Shown one piece after another: positions 47,990 to 57,996 of a DNA stretch of 64,000 nt. Each line of letters begins with the position of its first letter. Within the stretch, counting starts at the first letter, position 1. Source of the stretch: a bacterium (lineage in GTDB: Bacteria > Muiribacteriota > UBA6191). The stretch covers positions 10,046 through 74,045 of the forward strand of contig JAYZAC010000095.1 in NCBI GenBank assembly GCA_036339875.1. Reading direction: 5' to 3'. Made by a program: the position numbers and the translations under genes. The notes beneath the pieces were generated by a model that made no database searches, was not told the DNA's origin, and saw only the letters and a list, made by a program, of their open reading frames with translations.

Positions 47990-50470
47990 ATGAGCCAAAC
48001 TATTTCAAAAATGAATAAATTAAATATAACCCTAAAGCTAATAATTCTTTTTTACGCACTTCAAAGTGCTAGCTATGCCAGTTTCAGAAAAGGCGTAGAG
48101 TTCTTTGACATGGCTCGCTACAGAGATTCAATGAAAGCCTTTAAAGCTTCCATCAAAAGCAAAGAAGAAATTGGAAATTCCTATGCATATTTAGGTCGAA
48201 TTTATTTGAGATCTCGTGAGTACCACAAGGCATATAAAGCCTTTATAAGAGCGGTTAAATCAAACTCTAATAGCAAAAGACTGTTAGATGATTTAGGTAA
48301 ATGCTTGGATAAACTTCGGGGAATAATGGAGCTACCAGAGTTTATCAAATTATATAAAGACACCTATAAAAGCGGTGTATACCCCGCACCTGTAATCTAC
48401 TATCTGATAAACAATCTCCATAAGCGCGGAGAATATGAAAAAATATTAAATATTTATGAAAATATAAGTCAAGAGCCAAGTTTTCGATTAGGCCAGCAAA
48501 GCATACCACAAAGTATGAGTTCAATATATTTCCACTTAGCTACCTCACATTTGAATCATTCAGGTAATACCGAACTAGCTCTGCAATTTGCAACAAAAAG
48601 TCTTAGATTGGACCCCCTCAATGAAGTAGTTAAAAAATTCCATAACAATTTATTGGAGTCACAAAACAAGAAAATTTTTCAATTACTTAATAAAGCTAAT
48701 AAACACTTTAATGACCGGAATTTCGATAGTGCTCAAGAACTCTACAATCAGATACTCGAACTAAACCCCGGACACCTATCTGCTTCAACAAATTTAGAAA
48801 AATGTAAATTGGCTCGTAACAGTTATGCAAACTTGAAGGAAGCCCGTAAATTATTGGAGCAGAACCGCCACGAGGCTGCATTAAAAAAAATTAGATATGC
48901 CATTATGGCTTACTCTGAAAATTATGAGGCTGTAAACTTACAAAAGGAAACTGAAGCCAAAATCCTGAAAAAACTCAACATTAAAGCTCGCCAAGAAGAA
49001 GTAAGACAAGAAAGAGAAAAGCGATATTTTTCGTTCCTTAGCCAAGCTAGTAATTTATTAAACATTAACCTTTTTGAAGATGCTATCGAACTACTCAATG
49101 AAGCTAAGTCAATTAGGCCAGAATCGAAACGAGTTAGCTCTCTAATCATTGAAGCAAAAACTAAAAAGAAACAGTTCGAAGAATATAAAGCTGCACTTCA
49201 GAATTTTGAATCCAAAAAATGGAATGTTGCACTCGAAGGTTTTTCAAAAGCGAAAAAAACGCAATTAAATTTGAATGACCTTGAAAGTTTGATCATAGAA
49301 TGTCACTACAGGCTATCAAATTATAATGAAGCTATTAAACTTTCGAAAGATTACCTAAATTTGCATACTGACAATCGAGAAATCTTATATTTCCTTGGTC
49401 GCTCATATGAGTCTTTAATAATCGAAAATAATGATAATCGAGAATCTGCGATGCGGGTTTATAAAAAGTTAATCACCGTTGAAAAGAACTACCTAGATAC
49501 TGAAAGTAGGCTCAATCGATTGCAACGGGATAAATGGGTTCCTGTATTCTTCGTTTTACTAGTTAGCCTCATTTTTATAATGTTATTTGTTTGGCTTTAC
49601 AAAACACGCAAAATTCGGGCCAAATACGCCTATATGTCAAAGATCGATAAACTTCTTAACACTAAAAGCTACGTAGAGCTAGTTGAGATTTTTGAAAACT
49701 TCTTCAGCATAGACTTTACGATGAAAGAAACTCTTAAATATATCCCAACTTTTATGCTAGCAATGGTCGAAACCGGTCGTTTCGATCAATGTCTAAACTT
49801 GGGCCCAAAAGTTTTAAGCGTAATGCCTGAGCATCGACAAGCCAAAGTTCTTATGGGTAGAGCACACTATCAGAAAGGTAAAATAGACCCCTCAACAATC
49901 AAATTCTATCTCGCACTGCTTGATTCGGAATACATCAACAATGAAGTAATTTCTTGGGCTGGAAAAAAAATCATAGAACTGGATATTAATAAAAAAGAAT
50001 GTATTCCAATCATGAAAGCATTTAATGCCCTACACCCCGAAAACCACGAATGTCGAAAATTACTGATAGAACATCTTGATAAAGAGAAGATAATCACTCC
50101 TCAATTACAAAAAGTTCTGGAGATGGAAATAAAGCACAACAAATCAGATACGCGCTGTCGCATTCGCTTAGCGGAATATTTCCTCAAAAAGAAAAAACTA
50201 GATGATTGCGTTAGATTGTGTGAAGAGGTAATTAATTTAGATATAAATGATAAAAAATTACACCCTATTCTATATGCTGCTTATGAAGCAATGAATGACC
50301 TTGATGCTTTGCGCCCGCTTTATGAATCTTTATTACAAATATATCCTAACTCAATTACTCTTCAAGAAGCTCAAAATAAGATTTTACTTGCGACAGGAGA
50401 AACGGTAATGTCACAAACCAAGCTAAATTCTTATCAAAATAACGAAGAAGATAACTCAGGAGTTAGCTAA
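47990..50470 (+). CDS. large TPR-repeat protein with signal peptide and one central TM helix
   Basis: Signal-like N-terminus, TPR-like repeats on both sides of the hydrophobic segment WVPVFFVLLVSLIFIMLFVWLY near residue 520. Confidence 0.6.
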   Translation: MSQTISKMNKLNITLKLIILFYALQSASYASFRKGVEFFDMARYRDSMKAFKASIKSKEEIGNSYAYLGRIYLRSREYHKAYKAFIRAVKSNSNSKRLLDDLGKCLDKLRGIMELPEFIKLYKDTYKSGVYPAPVIYYLINNLHKRGEYEKILNIYENISQEPSFRLGQQSIPQSMSSIYFHLATSHLNHSGNTELALQFATKSLRLDPLNEVVKKFHNNLLESQNKKIFQLLNKANKHFNDRNFDSAQELYNQILELNPGHLSASTNLEKCKLARNSYANLKEARKLLEQNRHEAALKKIRYAIMAYSENYEAVNLQKETEAKILKKLNIKARQEEVRQEREKRYFSFLSQASNLLNINLFEDAIELLNEAKSIRPESKRVSSLIIEAKTKKKQFEEYKAALQNFESKKWNVALEGFSKAKKTQLNLNDLESLIIECHYRLSNYNEAIKLSKDYLNLHTDNREILYFLGRSYESLIIENNDNRESAMRVYKKLITVEKNYLDTESRLNRLQRDKWVPVFFVLLVSLIFIMLFVWLYKTRKIRAKYAYMSKIDKLLNTKSYVELVEIFENFFSIDFTMKETLKYIPTFMLAMVETGRFDQCLNLGPKVLSVMPEHRQAKVLMGRAHYQKGKIDPSTIKFYLALLDSEYINNEVISWAGKKIIELDINKKECIPIMKAFNALHPENHECRKLLIEHLDKEKIITPQLQKVLEMEIKHNKSDTRCRIRLAEYFLKKKKLDDCVRLCEEVINLDINDKKLHPILYAAYEAMNDLDALRPLYESLLQIYPNSITLQEAQNKILLATGETVMSQTKLNSYQNNEEDNSGVS

Positions 50471-50479
50471 ACTCAGACT

Positions 50480-53239
50480 ATGTATATTTACGCTGTTATT
50501 CTTTTCTGTATTTTGCAACTTTCAGCAGTAACAGGTTTCGCGAGTAATTCTGAAAATCCAAATTATCTCATCGGACAACAGTTTTTCCTGAAAGGTAATT
50601 TCGACAAAGCTAGAAAACATTTTGAAAGATCATTAGTTTACGACCCTAATCATGCTCCGTCTCATTATGCTATCGCCAAGATACATTTTTTATCTAAAAG
50701 CCCTGTTTTAGCTTTTGAATTTTTTCGTAATACCTTATCTCTACAGAAAAATTATAAAGATGCAGCGGCACTCTTTAACGAAACACTTGAGTCTATTAGT
50801 AAAAATTATGACCGGCGTAGTAAAAACCCTAGAATACTAAGTGCGCAAATATATTTAGACTTCAAGGCGGGTCGTATTGATGTTGCCAAACGGCAAATTG
50901 ACCGATTAATTAAATTACATCCAGAATTTGCCATGGGCTGGGACCATTTAGCTAACTATTTTTACCGACAGAAAGACCTTAATCAAGCACTCCGCTATTT
51001 AAAGAAAGCACTTAGTCTTGAACCTACTAATCCAACAATATTTAAGCACTATGAATCTACTTACTATCTTAAGAATCATGAAATAGTCCCTAAGAACAAT
51101 GAAATAACCTCCGCTAATAAAAAGTCTTCTAATGAATCGATAGAAAATGCTCTAATAGACAAATTCATTGCAAAAGAAATGTTAAAGAAGGAAAGCTTAA
51201 GAGCTAATAACATTGATCTCACAGAAACCCCTCTGCCTGAGCCTCAACAAATCACTTCAGCAAATGATAATAAATTTTTCAACAAACTACTTTCTAAGCA
51301 AAGTAAGTTAATTCCCCCAAAAGAAAAGAAAAATAATACAACGAATAATCCATCTAAAAAAAGTCTTAAAAAGATATACGAACCAATACCTGTAGCTAAA
51401 ATTGATAGAGATATAGAAAAAATAGATCTAATTGAAAGAGCCCAGAAAGCTTACGATGAAAAAGATTGGGTTGTCGCAGCGACCTCTTATGGAATTTTGC
51501 AAGAAAACAATCCAAGAGAAAAATTATTCAATCAACGTTTCGAAGAATCTAAAAAATTTGATCAATTTGAACGTAAATTCCGTAAAGCTCGCCTATTAAT
51601 GAAAAGAGGGAGCAAGAATCCAAACCAGCTTAACCAAGCGAAAGAAGAGTTCAGAAAATTAGATACACGCACTTATCACAAACTTTACGAAAAAAGTAGT
51701 TTTGATAACTATCTTGCGTCGATCGCATTTACTCAAAAGAATTTTGAAGAGGCTGAGTCATTGTTTAGTGCATGGCTACGACACCAACCTAACGATTTAA
51801 ATAGTCACTACTATTTACTACTTTGTCTAGATATTCTACAAAAGCATGACGCTAGCTTCGAAATCTATGAGTCAGCAATTAGAATCGACCGTGAAAAGTT
51901 TTTAAGCCTTAAAGGCGTAAAAAGGATCAGACTAAAACTTTATCTCTTTCGTTACTGGTGGATATTATTCGTGATTTTAGGTATCTGGGGCGTTATAACT
52001 GCTGGATATGCTAGTGTTAAATTTAAGAAAAGGCGTGAGAGGTCAGATCGAAAAAACAAACTACAAAATATACGAAATTTGGGTGCCGATAAAAATTGGT
52101 TGGAAATGATTAGAGCTATAGATAAATTACTCTTGGACATCACGAGTGAATCTGAAAACTATAATCTTCAATATATGCGGGCTAACGCTCTATATCAGTC
52201 CTCTCAATTGATTGACGCAGAACGACAGATAGAATCACTAATCACTAAAAATCCAAATGATCAGCAACTACTTGTCCTCAAAGGAAAAATTTTATTAGAT
52301 CAAAAGCGAACAGACTTAGAAGCATTAGAACCATATCGCTTACTGATCATCAAAGACCCCTCAAATACGGATTTAATGAAAACATTGCTTCAAACACTTA
52401 AGCGACACAATATTTTCACAGATGAAACTGAATCGGTAGCGTTAAGGATACTTGAAATTGAAAGTTATAATAAGGAAACTTTGAAAGACCTCACTGAAAT
52501 CTATGTGAAATCCGAAACCTACCACTTGAAAAGTTGCGAAATCATGCGTAGATACTTGGAAATATTTACGGGAGAATCACTAGTACTATTACATTATGTA
52601 AAAGCATTAGTCCGTACGGAAAATTACATCGAAGCTATTCGTAACGGAAAAAAGCTTGTGGACATCAATCCCGATATTGAAGAGGCACACAGACAGCTTA
52701 TTGAGGCCTTTGACCGATTAAATATGCGCGATGAAATGAATGCTTATTACAATAATTTGAGTCTTGAATTTGGCTCATCGAAAGTAGTACAGCAAATGTA
52801 CAATATGATACAGACCACATATAGAGCCTCGGGCTTAGATAGAGAACAAGATACAAATGAACAGAAATTAGAAATAACAGAAATTGCATTCAAAGAAGGT
52901 CTACATTTACTAGAAAAAAAAGCTTATAAAGAGGCAACTCTAAAATTTCAAACTGCAGCTGTTGAGCAAAGGTTTAATCTAAGAAGTCAAATTCTTTCAA
53001 TAAAAGCGAGTTTAGCTTTGGATGATTTTGAATCAGCATGTTTTTATTTCGATAAACTAAATTTACAAGATAATCGGTTAGATGCAGAAGCTTTAGAGAC
53101 CTTATATGCTATGGCTACTCGCTATTGCTTAGAAAACAAAAAATCAGAAGCCTTAAAGTTATTTCAGTTAATAGCCAAAAATGATATTAGCTTCGGAGAT
53201 GTGATCCATCAAATAGATCTTTTATCTTCTGAGAATTAG
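50480..53239 (+). CDS. large TPR-repeat protein with signal peptide and one central TM helix (paralogous architecture)
   Basis: N-terminal signal peptide, TPR repeats, central hydrophobic segment YWWILFVILGIWGVITAGYASV near residue 495, more TPR repeats. Confidence 0.6.
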   Translation: MYIYAVILFCILQLSAVTGFASNSENPNYLIGQQFFLKGNFDKARKHFERSLVYDPNHAPSHYAIAKIHFLSKSPVLAFEFFRNTLSLQKNYKDAAALFNETLESISKNYDRRSKNPRILSAQIYLDFKAGRIDVAKRQIDRLIKLHPEFAMGWDHLANYFYRQKDLNQALRYLKKALSLEPTNPTIFKHYESTYYLKNHEIVPKNNEITSANKKSSNESIENALIDKFIAKEMLKKESLRANNIDLTETPLPEPQQITSANDNKFFNKLLSKQSKLIPPKEKKNNTTNNPSKKSLKKIYEPIPVAKIDRDIEKIDLIERAQKAYDEKDWVVAATSYGILQENNPREKLFNQRFEESKKFDQFERKFRKARLLMKRGSKNPNQLNQAKEEFRKLDTRTYHKLYEKSSFDNYLASIAFTQKNFEEAESLFSAWLRHQPNDLNSHYYLLLCLDILQKHDASFEIYESAIRIDREKFLSLKGVKRIRLKLYLFRYWWILFVILGIWGVITAGYASVKFKKRRERSDRKNKLQNIRNLGADKNWLEMIRAIDKLLLDITSESENYNLQYMRANALYQSSQLIDAERQIESLITKNPNDQQLLVLKGKILLDQKRTDLEALEPYRLLIIKDPSNTDLMKTLLQTLKRHNIFTDETESVALRILEIESYNKETLKDLTEIYVKSETYHLKSCEIMRRYLEIFTGESLVLLHYVKALVRTENYIEAIRNGKKLVDINPDIEEAHRQLIEAFDRLNMRDEMNAYYNNLSLEFGSSKVVQQMYNMIQTTYRASGLDREQDTNEQKLEITEIAFKEGLHLLEKKAYKEATLKFQTAAVEQRFNLRSQILSIKASLALDDFESACFYFDKLNLQDNRLDAEALETLYAMATRYCLENKKSEALKLFQLIAKNDISFGDVIHQIDLLSSEN

Positions 53240-53333
53240 TCATTAGAAAAATATTCATTCAAATTCTCCCAATTAAGTTACTTTTTGTAACTTTAGTATC
53301 ACCAATATTTTCAAAGTAGACGAACTAATAAGC

Positions 53334-53774
53334 ATGAAAATAGGGACAATATTATTAGGCTTAATCATTGCGATACCCTTGCATGCAGTCAAAGTTTCTC
53401 GTGCAAAAGTTGAAATTCGCGAAAATCGGAAAGTTGCCCAACTTTCATTATTTCTTCAAATTACTGATAACCATTTAAATTCAAACAGTAAGACCTATGA
53501 AATAGAGTTAATTAAAGAAATGAAAAAAGCTCTTTATAAAGTAATCAAGTCAAAGCGAAAGCTCAAATATCATGATCGATTCACTCATGTATTTGTTACT
53601 GCTCTCGAAAATGAGGGAGTCGAACGAATAGCGGCATTAATCTCTAAGACACCCCGCGAACGATTTCCTGTAGTTAGTCTATTTCCAAAAGAACCAGAGT
53701 TTCAAAGTGGGGATACCTTAGCACATCAAACACCTCTAACGGTTGCAGAACAAATCGCATCACGTGATTCCTAA
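53334..53774 (+). CDS. hypothetical small secreted protein
   Basis: N-terminal signal peptide (MKIGTILLGLIIAIPLHA). No motifs. The end overlaps glyQS convergently by 4 nt. Confidence 0.4.
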   Translation: MKIGTILLGLIIAIPLHAVKVSRAKVEIRENRKVAQLSLFLQITDNHLNSNSKTYEIELIKEMKKALYKVIKSKRKLKYHDRFTHVFVTALENEGVERIAALISKTPRERFPVVSLFPKEPEFQSGDTLAHQTPLTVAEQIASRDS

Positions 53775-55126
53775 TCCTGCTCTAAAACCTCAAAAGATCT
53801 CATACTAGCCTTAATCTTTGACTGAAAAAAATCTTTAAGATCCCTGATGGCGATTCTTTTTTGATTCATACTATCTCTGAATCGCACTGTAACGCAATTA
53901 TCCTCCAGAGAGTCGAAATCAAAAGTAACGCAAAACGGAGTACCTATCTCATCCTGTCGTCGGTAACGCTTTCCTATTTGACCCGCCTGATCATATTCCG
54001 TCCTGAAACCCTCATCCCTCAAACTTTGTTCAAGTTTCAAACTTGGTTCAGAAAGTTTTTTCATTAGAGGTAATACGGAAATTTGAACTGGAGCAATATG
54101 AGGCTTAAAACGCATTACATTTCTATAGTCCTCTTTACCTTTATCATTCTCTATGACTTCCCTTTCAAATGAATTACAAAGAATTGCCAAACTCAGTCGA
54201 TCTGCACCTATGGAAGTTTCGATTACATGAGGTATAAATTTACGCCCACTAGATTCATCAAAATACTTCATCTCTTCGCCAGAGAATATCTGATGCTGGC
54301 TCAAATCAAAATTTGAACGATCGTGAATCCCTTCAACTTCTTGCCAACCAAAAGGAAATTCTACTTCAATATCTTTTGCAGCGTTTGCATAATGAGCTAA
54401 TTCACCCTCCCCATGTGCATGAAATCTTAATTTACGGTCTGGTAAACCTAATCTCCTAAAGAAAGAATAACGCTCATTTAGCCAATATTCAAAGTGATCT
54501 ACTGAGTCATCAGGATCTACAAAATACTGCATTTCCATCTGCTCAAATTCCCGTGACCGAAAGGTAAAATTTCTAGGCGTAATCTCATTTCTGAATGCTT
54601 TACCAATTTGTGCAATCCCGAAGGGAAGTTTCTTCCTACTACAGCGCTGTATTACTTTGTAGTTTGTAAAGATTGCCTGAGCAGTTTCAGGTCGCAGGAA
54701 TGCTTGTGAACTAGAGTCTGTGCTAGCTCCTATGTTTGTTTTTAACATTAGATTAAAAAGTCGAGCCTCGGTAAACGATTCTTTTGCTCCACAGGTAGGG
54801 CAAACCTTTAAATTTTCCAACTGATCCGATCTGAATCTGGATTTACACTCTTTACAGTCCACCATTGGATCTGTGAAATTTTCAACATGACCAGAGGCCT
54901 CCCATACTTTTGGGTGCATGATAATAGAGGCATCTTGCCCAACTACATCACTCCTTCTCTGAACCATTTCTTGCCACCAATACTGTTTAATAGCATTCTT
55001 CAGCTCGACTCCGTATGGCCCATAATCCCAAAAACCATTAATCCCTCCGTAAATCTCTGAGCTCTGAAAAATAAACCCTCTGTGTTTACATAAAGCGACT
55101 AAGTCTTTCATTTGAACTTCACTCAT
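53771..55126 (-). CDS. glyQS: glycine--tRNA ligase (dimeric class II, alpha2 type)
   Basis: N-terminal RGFIFQSSEIYGGINGFWDYGPYGVELKNAIKQYWW is typical of alpha2 GlyRS. Class II motifs and a C-terminal anticodon-binding domain are present. 451 aa. Confidence 0.9.
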   Translation of the reverse strand: MSEVQMKDLVALCKHRGFIFQSSEIYGGINGFWDYGPYGVELKNAIKQYWWQEMVQRRSDVVGQDASIIMHPKVWEASGHVENFTDPMVDCKECKSRFRSDQLENLKVCPTCGAKESFTEARLFNLMLKTNIGASTDSSSQAFLRPETAQAIFTNYKVIQRCSRKKLPFGIAQIGKAFRNEITPRNFTFRSREFEQMEMQYFVDPDDSVDHFEYWLNERYSFFRRLGLPDRKLRFHAHGEGELAHYANAAKDIEVEFPFGWQEVEGIHDRSNFDLSQHQIFSGEEMKYFDESSGRKFIPHVIETSIGADRLSLAILCNSFEREVIENDKGKEDYRNVMRFKPHIAPVQISVLPLMKKLSEPSLKLEQSLRDEGFRTEYDQAGQIGKRYRRQDEIGTPFCVTFDFDSLEDNCVTVRFRDSMNQKRIAIRDLKDFFQSKIKASMRSFEVLEQD

Positions 55127-55250
55127 TTGTGGTCCTTTCTATGATTTTGAGACGGCCGAGTATAGCTTGTTTATCTTGTTATTCCAATCCAAGATCAATA
55201 CATCAATTAAATTTAAGGTACATTACAACTAATAAATCATAATATTTTGT

Positions 55251-55865
55251 ATGAATTTCTCCGACAGAACCAGTATGCGTTTACCTATTGCTGTTACTCC
55301 GTTGAACCTAATTTTAATTGCATTAATGATAATCGCTCCTCAACTAGGTAAATTAGCTCGCGAAATCGTTGATGAAAAAAAGAATGAAAAGTCTTTAGAT
55401 ATCGTAATCTCTCGTCGAGCTGTTCCCAAAAATAAAATCCGCAAAAAGAAGACAGATCGACAACGTAAGAAAACTATGAGTCGTTTGGCAATGCTTGAAA
55501 AAGCAGAACGGAGAAAAATAAATAGTACTGTGGATACTTCAGAAAATAAACATAAAGCACCAGTTCATTCCTCTCCACCAGGTATGGATCAAGGTAAGGC
55601 TCTGTTGAACAAGATGAAATCTGAACGTATTATTTCGAAGCCAAAAGCGAGGCATTTAATTCCGAATATGGATAAAAAATCTTTCATAAACCAACTCAAA
55701 GATTTCGCACGAAATAGAAACTACGATGAAGCTGAAAAAATATTCATGAGCCGACTGGAAAATATGCAATTAGCGCCTCTCGAATCTTTAGAAAAGCAGT
55801 CAAAATTTCGAGATCACTTTTCAAGACTAGTACAGCAACTGGAATCAAAATCCAGCGAAAACTAG
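55251..55865 (+). CDS. hypothetical membrane-anchored Lys-rich protein
   Basis: One N-terminal TM (LNLILIALMIIAPQLG) followed by a basic K/R-rich region. No motifs. Confidence 0.4.
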   Translation: MNFSDRTSMRLPIAVTPLNLILIALMIIAPQLGKLAREIVDEKKNEKSLDIVISRRAVPKNKIRKKKTDRQRKKTMSRLAMLEKAERRKINSTVDTSENKHKAPVHSSPPGMDQGKALLNKMKSERIISKPKARHLIPNMDKKSFINQLKDFARNRNYDEAEKIFMSRLENMQLAPLESLEKQSKFRDHFSRLVQQLESKSSEN

Positions 55866-55867
55866 GC

Positions 55868-56332
55868 TCACTTAGCCTTTTCAGAATCTTCAATAAGCAG
55901 ATCTGAATAAGATTGTATCAAAATTTGTAAATCAGTCTTCAATTTCCGTTTTATAGTCTTGTAATTTCGTATATCATCGGTGAGGGCTTTGAGCTCTAGG
56001 CGAGCATCATCAAGCATTTTTTCAGCTTTCAACTCCGACTCTTTTAACATTAGAACACTTTCACGTTGAGCTTGATGACGAATTTGTCCTGTGGCTTTCT
56101 GCGCTGAGAGTAACGCGTCTTTTAGTGCATGTTCCAAAGAAGCGTTTTCTCCCAACTTATCTCGAACTAACTTTAACTCTTCTGATGCTTTACGATAATC
56201 CCTTTCTAAAGATTCATAATCTTGAGTTACCGTATTTAGAAACTCTTTAACAGCAGACTCATCCAAGCCGCCAAATTTCTTCTTAGGAAAAACCATATTC
56301 TGGATATCTATTGGCTTTAATCGAATACTCAT
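55868..56332 (-). CDS. divIVA: DivIVA domain protein
   Basis: N-terminal IDIQNMVFPKKKFGGLDESAVKEFL matches the DivIVA lipid-binding motif (F..K.RGYD..EVD.FL), followed by coiled coil. Confidence 0.8.
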   Translation of the reverse strand: MSIRLKPIDIQNMVFPKKKFGGLDESAVKEFLNTVTQDYESLERDYRKASEELKLVRDKLGENASLEHALKDALLSAQKATGQIRHQAQRESVLMLKESELKAEKMLDDARLELKALTDDIRNYKTIKRKLKTDLQILIQSYSDLLIEDSEKAK

Positions 56333-56601
56333 TAGCCCCCCAGTGAAGACATTACAACACTTTCAAACATTTGGATCCCAATAAGTACAAAAATTAGTGA
56401 GAAATCGAGCCCCCCTAGAGGCGGAATTAGCTTTTGAAAAGGAAGACACAAAGGATCAGTGATCTCATTTACAAAAACAGTAAAATCGTAAATCGCATCA
56501 CCCGGAGAACTAGGAACCCAACTAAGAATAAAACGAGCGAAAATGATCATATAGAGACAACTAAATAACAATTGAATAATCTGATTAATCTCTGCCGACA
56601 T
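56332..56601 (-). CDS. YggT family membrane protein
   Basis: An 89-aa two-TM protein. Located between yggS and divIVA as in the ylmE-ylmG-divIVA cluster. Confidence 0.7.
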   Translation of the reverse strand: MSAEINQIIQLLFSCLYMIIFARFILSWVPSSPGDAIYDFTVFVNEITDPLCLPFQKLIPPLGGLDFSLIFVLIGIQMFESVVMSSLGG

Positions 56602-57292
56602 TTAAATTCTCCTGTTCACGGGATCCGAAAATAATAGAGCCCAGTCGAACTAAAGTACTCCCATACTCTAACGCCAACTTGTAATCTGCTGACATTCCCA
56701 TGGATAAAATTTCCATTCTAATATTTTGAAATCCTCTATTTTGGTAATTCTCAAACAAATGCTGCATGTATTGAAATTCAGAACGAACTACTGCCTCACC
56801 AGCAAGGCTAATCGATGAACCAATACACATCAACCCTTTTATTTTACAAAATTGTTGCCCCTGTTCGTCGATCTTTTCTAAAAAATTATCTAATTTTTTA
56901 ATATCGAGACCGCCTTTTCCTGATTCTTGGGAAATATTAACCTGTATTAAACAGTCCTGTTTTAATTGCTTCTTTGCACACTCTTCTCTAAGGATATCCC
57001 ATAATTTCATACGATCCACAGAATGAATTAACTCAACTTGACCTACAAGTTTTGAGGCTTTATTGGATTGTAGCTTACCAATAAAATGCCACTTTATATC
57101 CAAGTCTTGTAGTTCTGTCTGTTTAACCTTAAGTTCTTGGAATCTATTTTCACCAAAACTGGAAATACCAGAATGATAAACCTCTCGCAAGCGCGAAGAA
57201 GTCACTGTTTTACTGACTGCTAGCAATGTGGTATTATCCCCAACCATTGCCTGCAGGTGCTGTAGCTCGGCAGAATTCATGGAATAGCGCAT
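56585..57292 (-). CDS. yggS: PLP homeostasis protein YggS/PLPBP (alanine-racemase-fold)
   Basis: LLAVSKTVTSSRLREVYHSGISSFGENRFQE, with the PLP-binding Lys in AVSKT. The track start at 57319 is a TTG; the ATG at 57292 (MRYSMNSAEL...) or 57280 is more plausible. Confidence 0.8.
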   Translation of the reverse strand: MRYSMNSAELQHLQAMVGDNTTLLAVSKTVTSSRLREVYHSGISSFGENRFQELKVKQTELQDLDIKWHFIGKLQSNKASKLVGQVELIHSVDRMKLWDILREECAKKQLKQDCLIQVNISQESGKGGLDIKKLDNFLEKIDEQGQQFCKIKGLMCIGSSISLAGEAVVRSEFQYMQHLFENYQNRGFQNIRMEILSMGMSADYKLALEYGSTLVRLGSIIFGSREQENLNVGRD

Positions 57293-57321
57293 TATAGAAG
57301 GGCTAAGACTGACTGTCAAAC

Positions 57322-57357
57322 TTCGTCACGAACGTCAAAACTTAACGTCTTAACGTC
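57322..57357. promoter_or_regulatory. array of four direct ACGTC-core repeats in the divergent yggS / lipoprotein intergenic region
   Basis: TTCGTCAC, GAACGTCA, TTAACGTCT, TAACGTCG at 57322-57357, the last two tandem with an 8-nt period. It lies upstream of the AGGAGG RBS at 57371-57376. Confidence 0.25.
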
Positions 57358-57383
57358 GATGAATTTATAAAGGAGGCGTCTCT

Positions 57384-57971
57384 GTGGCGAAATATTTGGC
57401 CTTATTTATAAGTTTAAGTTTTTTACTATTATCAGGTTGCTGCGCTCCTAAAGCCTCCTCAAAACCGGAACTAGCCTACCTAGTAGCTTACTCACTTCTA
57501 GACAAACGTTTTAATACCTCCACCCGTCTCGATCTAACAGCCGATATTTTAAATGAGATGGATCAGGATCTAGAACTATGCCAATTGACGTTAAACGACA
57601 CTGATGGAAATATCTATACTTTAGATTATGAAACTATTCCGAGTTTTACGCAGGAAGGGCGTTATGATGCAATTCCACTTAAAATACCTATCAAAGAAGG
57701 TATGCTCGGAGGTCAACCGGGGATTAAATACGAATCTCCTAGTGGTTTACGATTTCTATTCATGTCTTCTTTCGAGAGTGCAGTAATTAAATATCGTACG
57801 AATCAAGGTATGCAAGAATTACAAATCAAAAATCTTTCCGAAATCATTACCCGCTCACGTGAGGAAACTATTTCATGGATGGAGAAAGAGTATGAAGAGC
57901 GAGAGAAAACTTTGTCATTCCTTAAAGAAAAAGCAGATCAGAAAATAGCGGAAAGAAAAAGCAAAAATTAA
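57384..57971 (+). CDS. putative lipoprotein
   Basis: GTG start 7 nt after AGGAGG. Lipobox LLLSGC within signal peptide MAKYLALFISLSFLLLSGCC. Confidence 0.55.
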   Translation: MAKYLALFISLSFLLLSGCCAPKASSKPELAYLVAYSLLDKRFNTSTRLDLTADILNEMDQDLELCQLTLNDTDGNIYTLDYETIPSFTQEGRYDAIPLKIPIKEGMLGGQPGIKYESPSGLRFLFMSSFESAVIKYRTNQGMQELQIKNLSEIITRSREETISWMEKEYEEREKTLSFLKEKADQKIAERKSKN

Positions 57972-57996
57972 TCACCTTGATTCAAAATCTAAAAAC

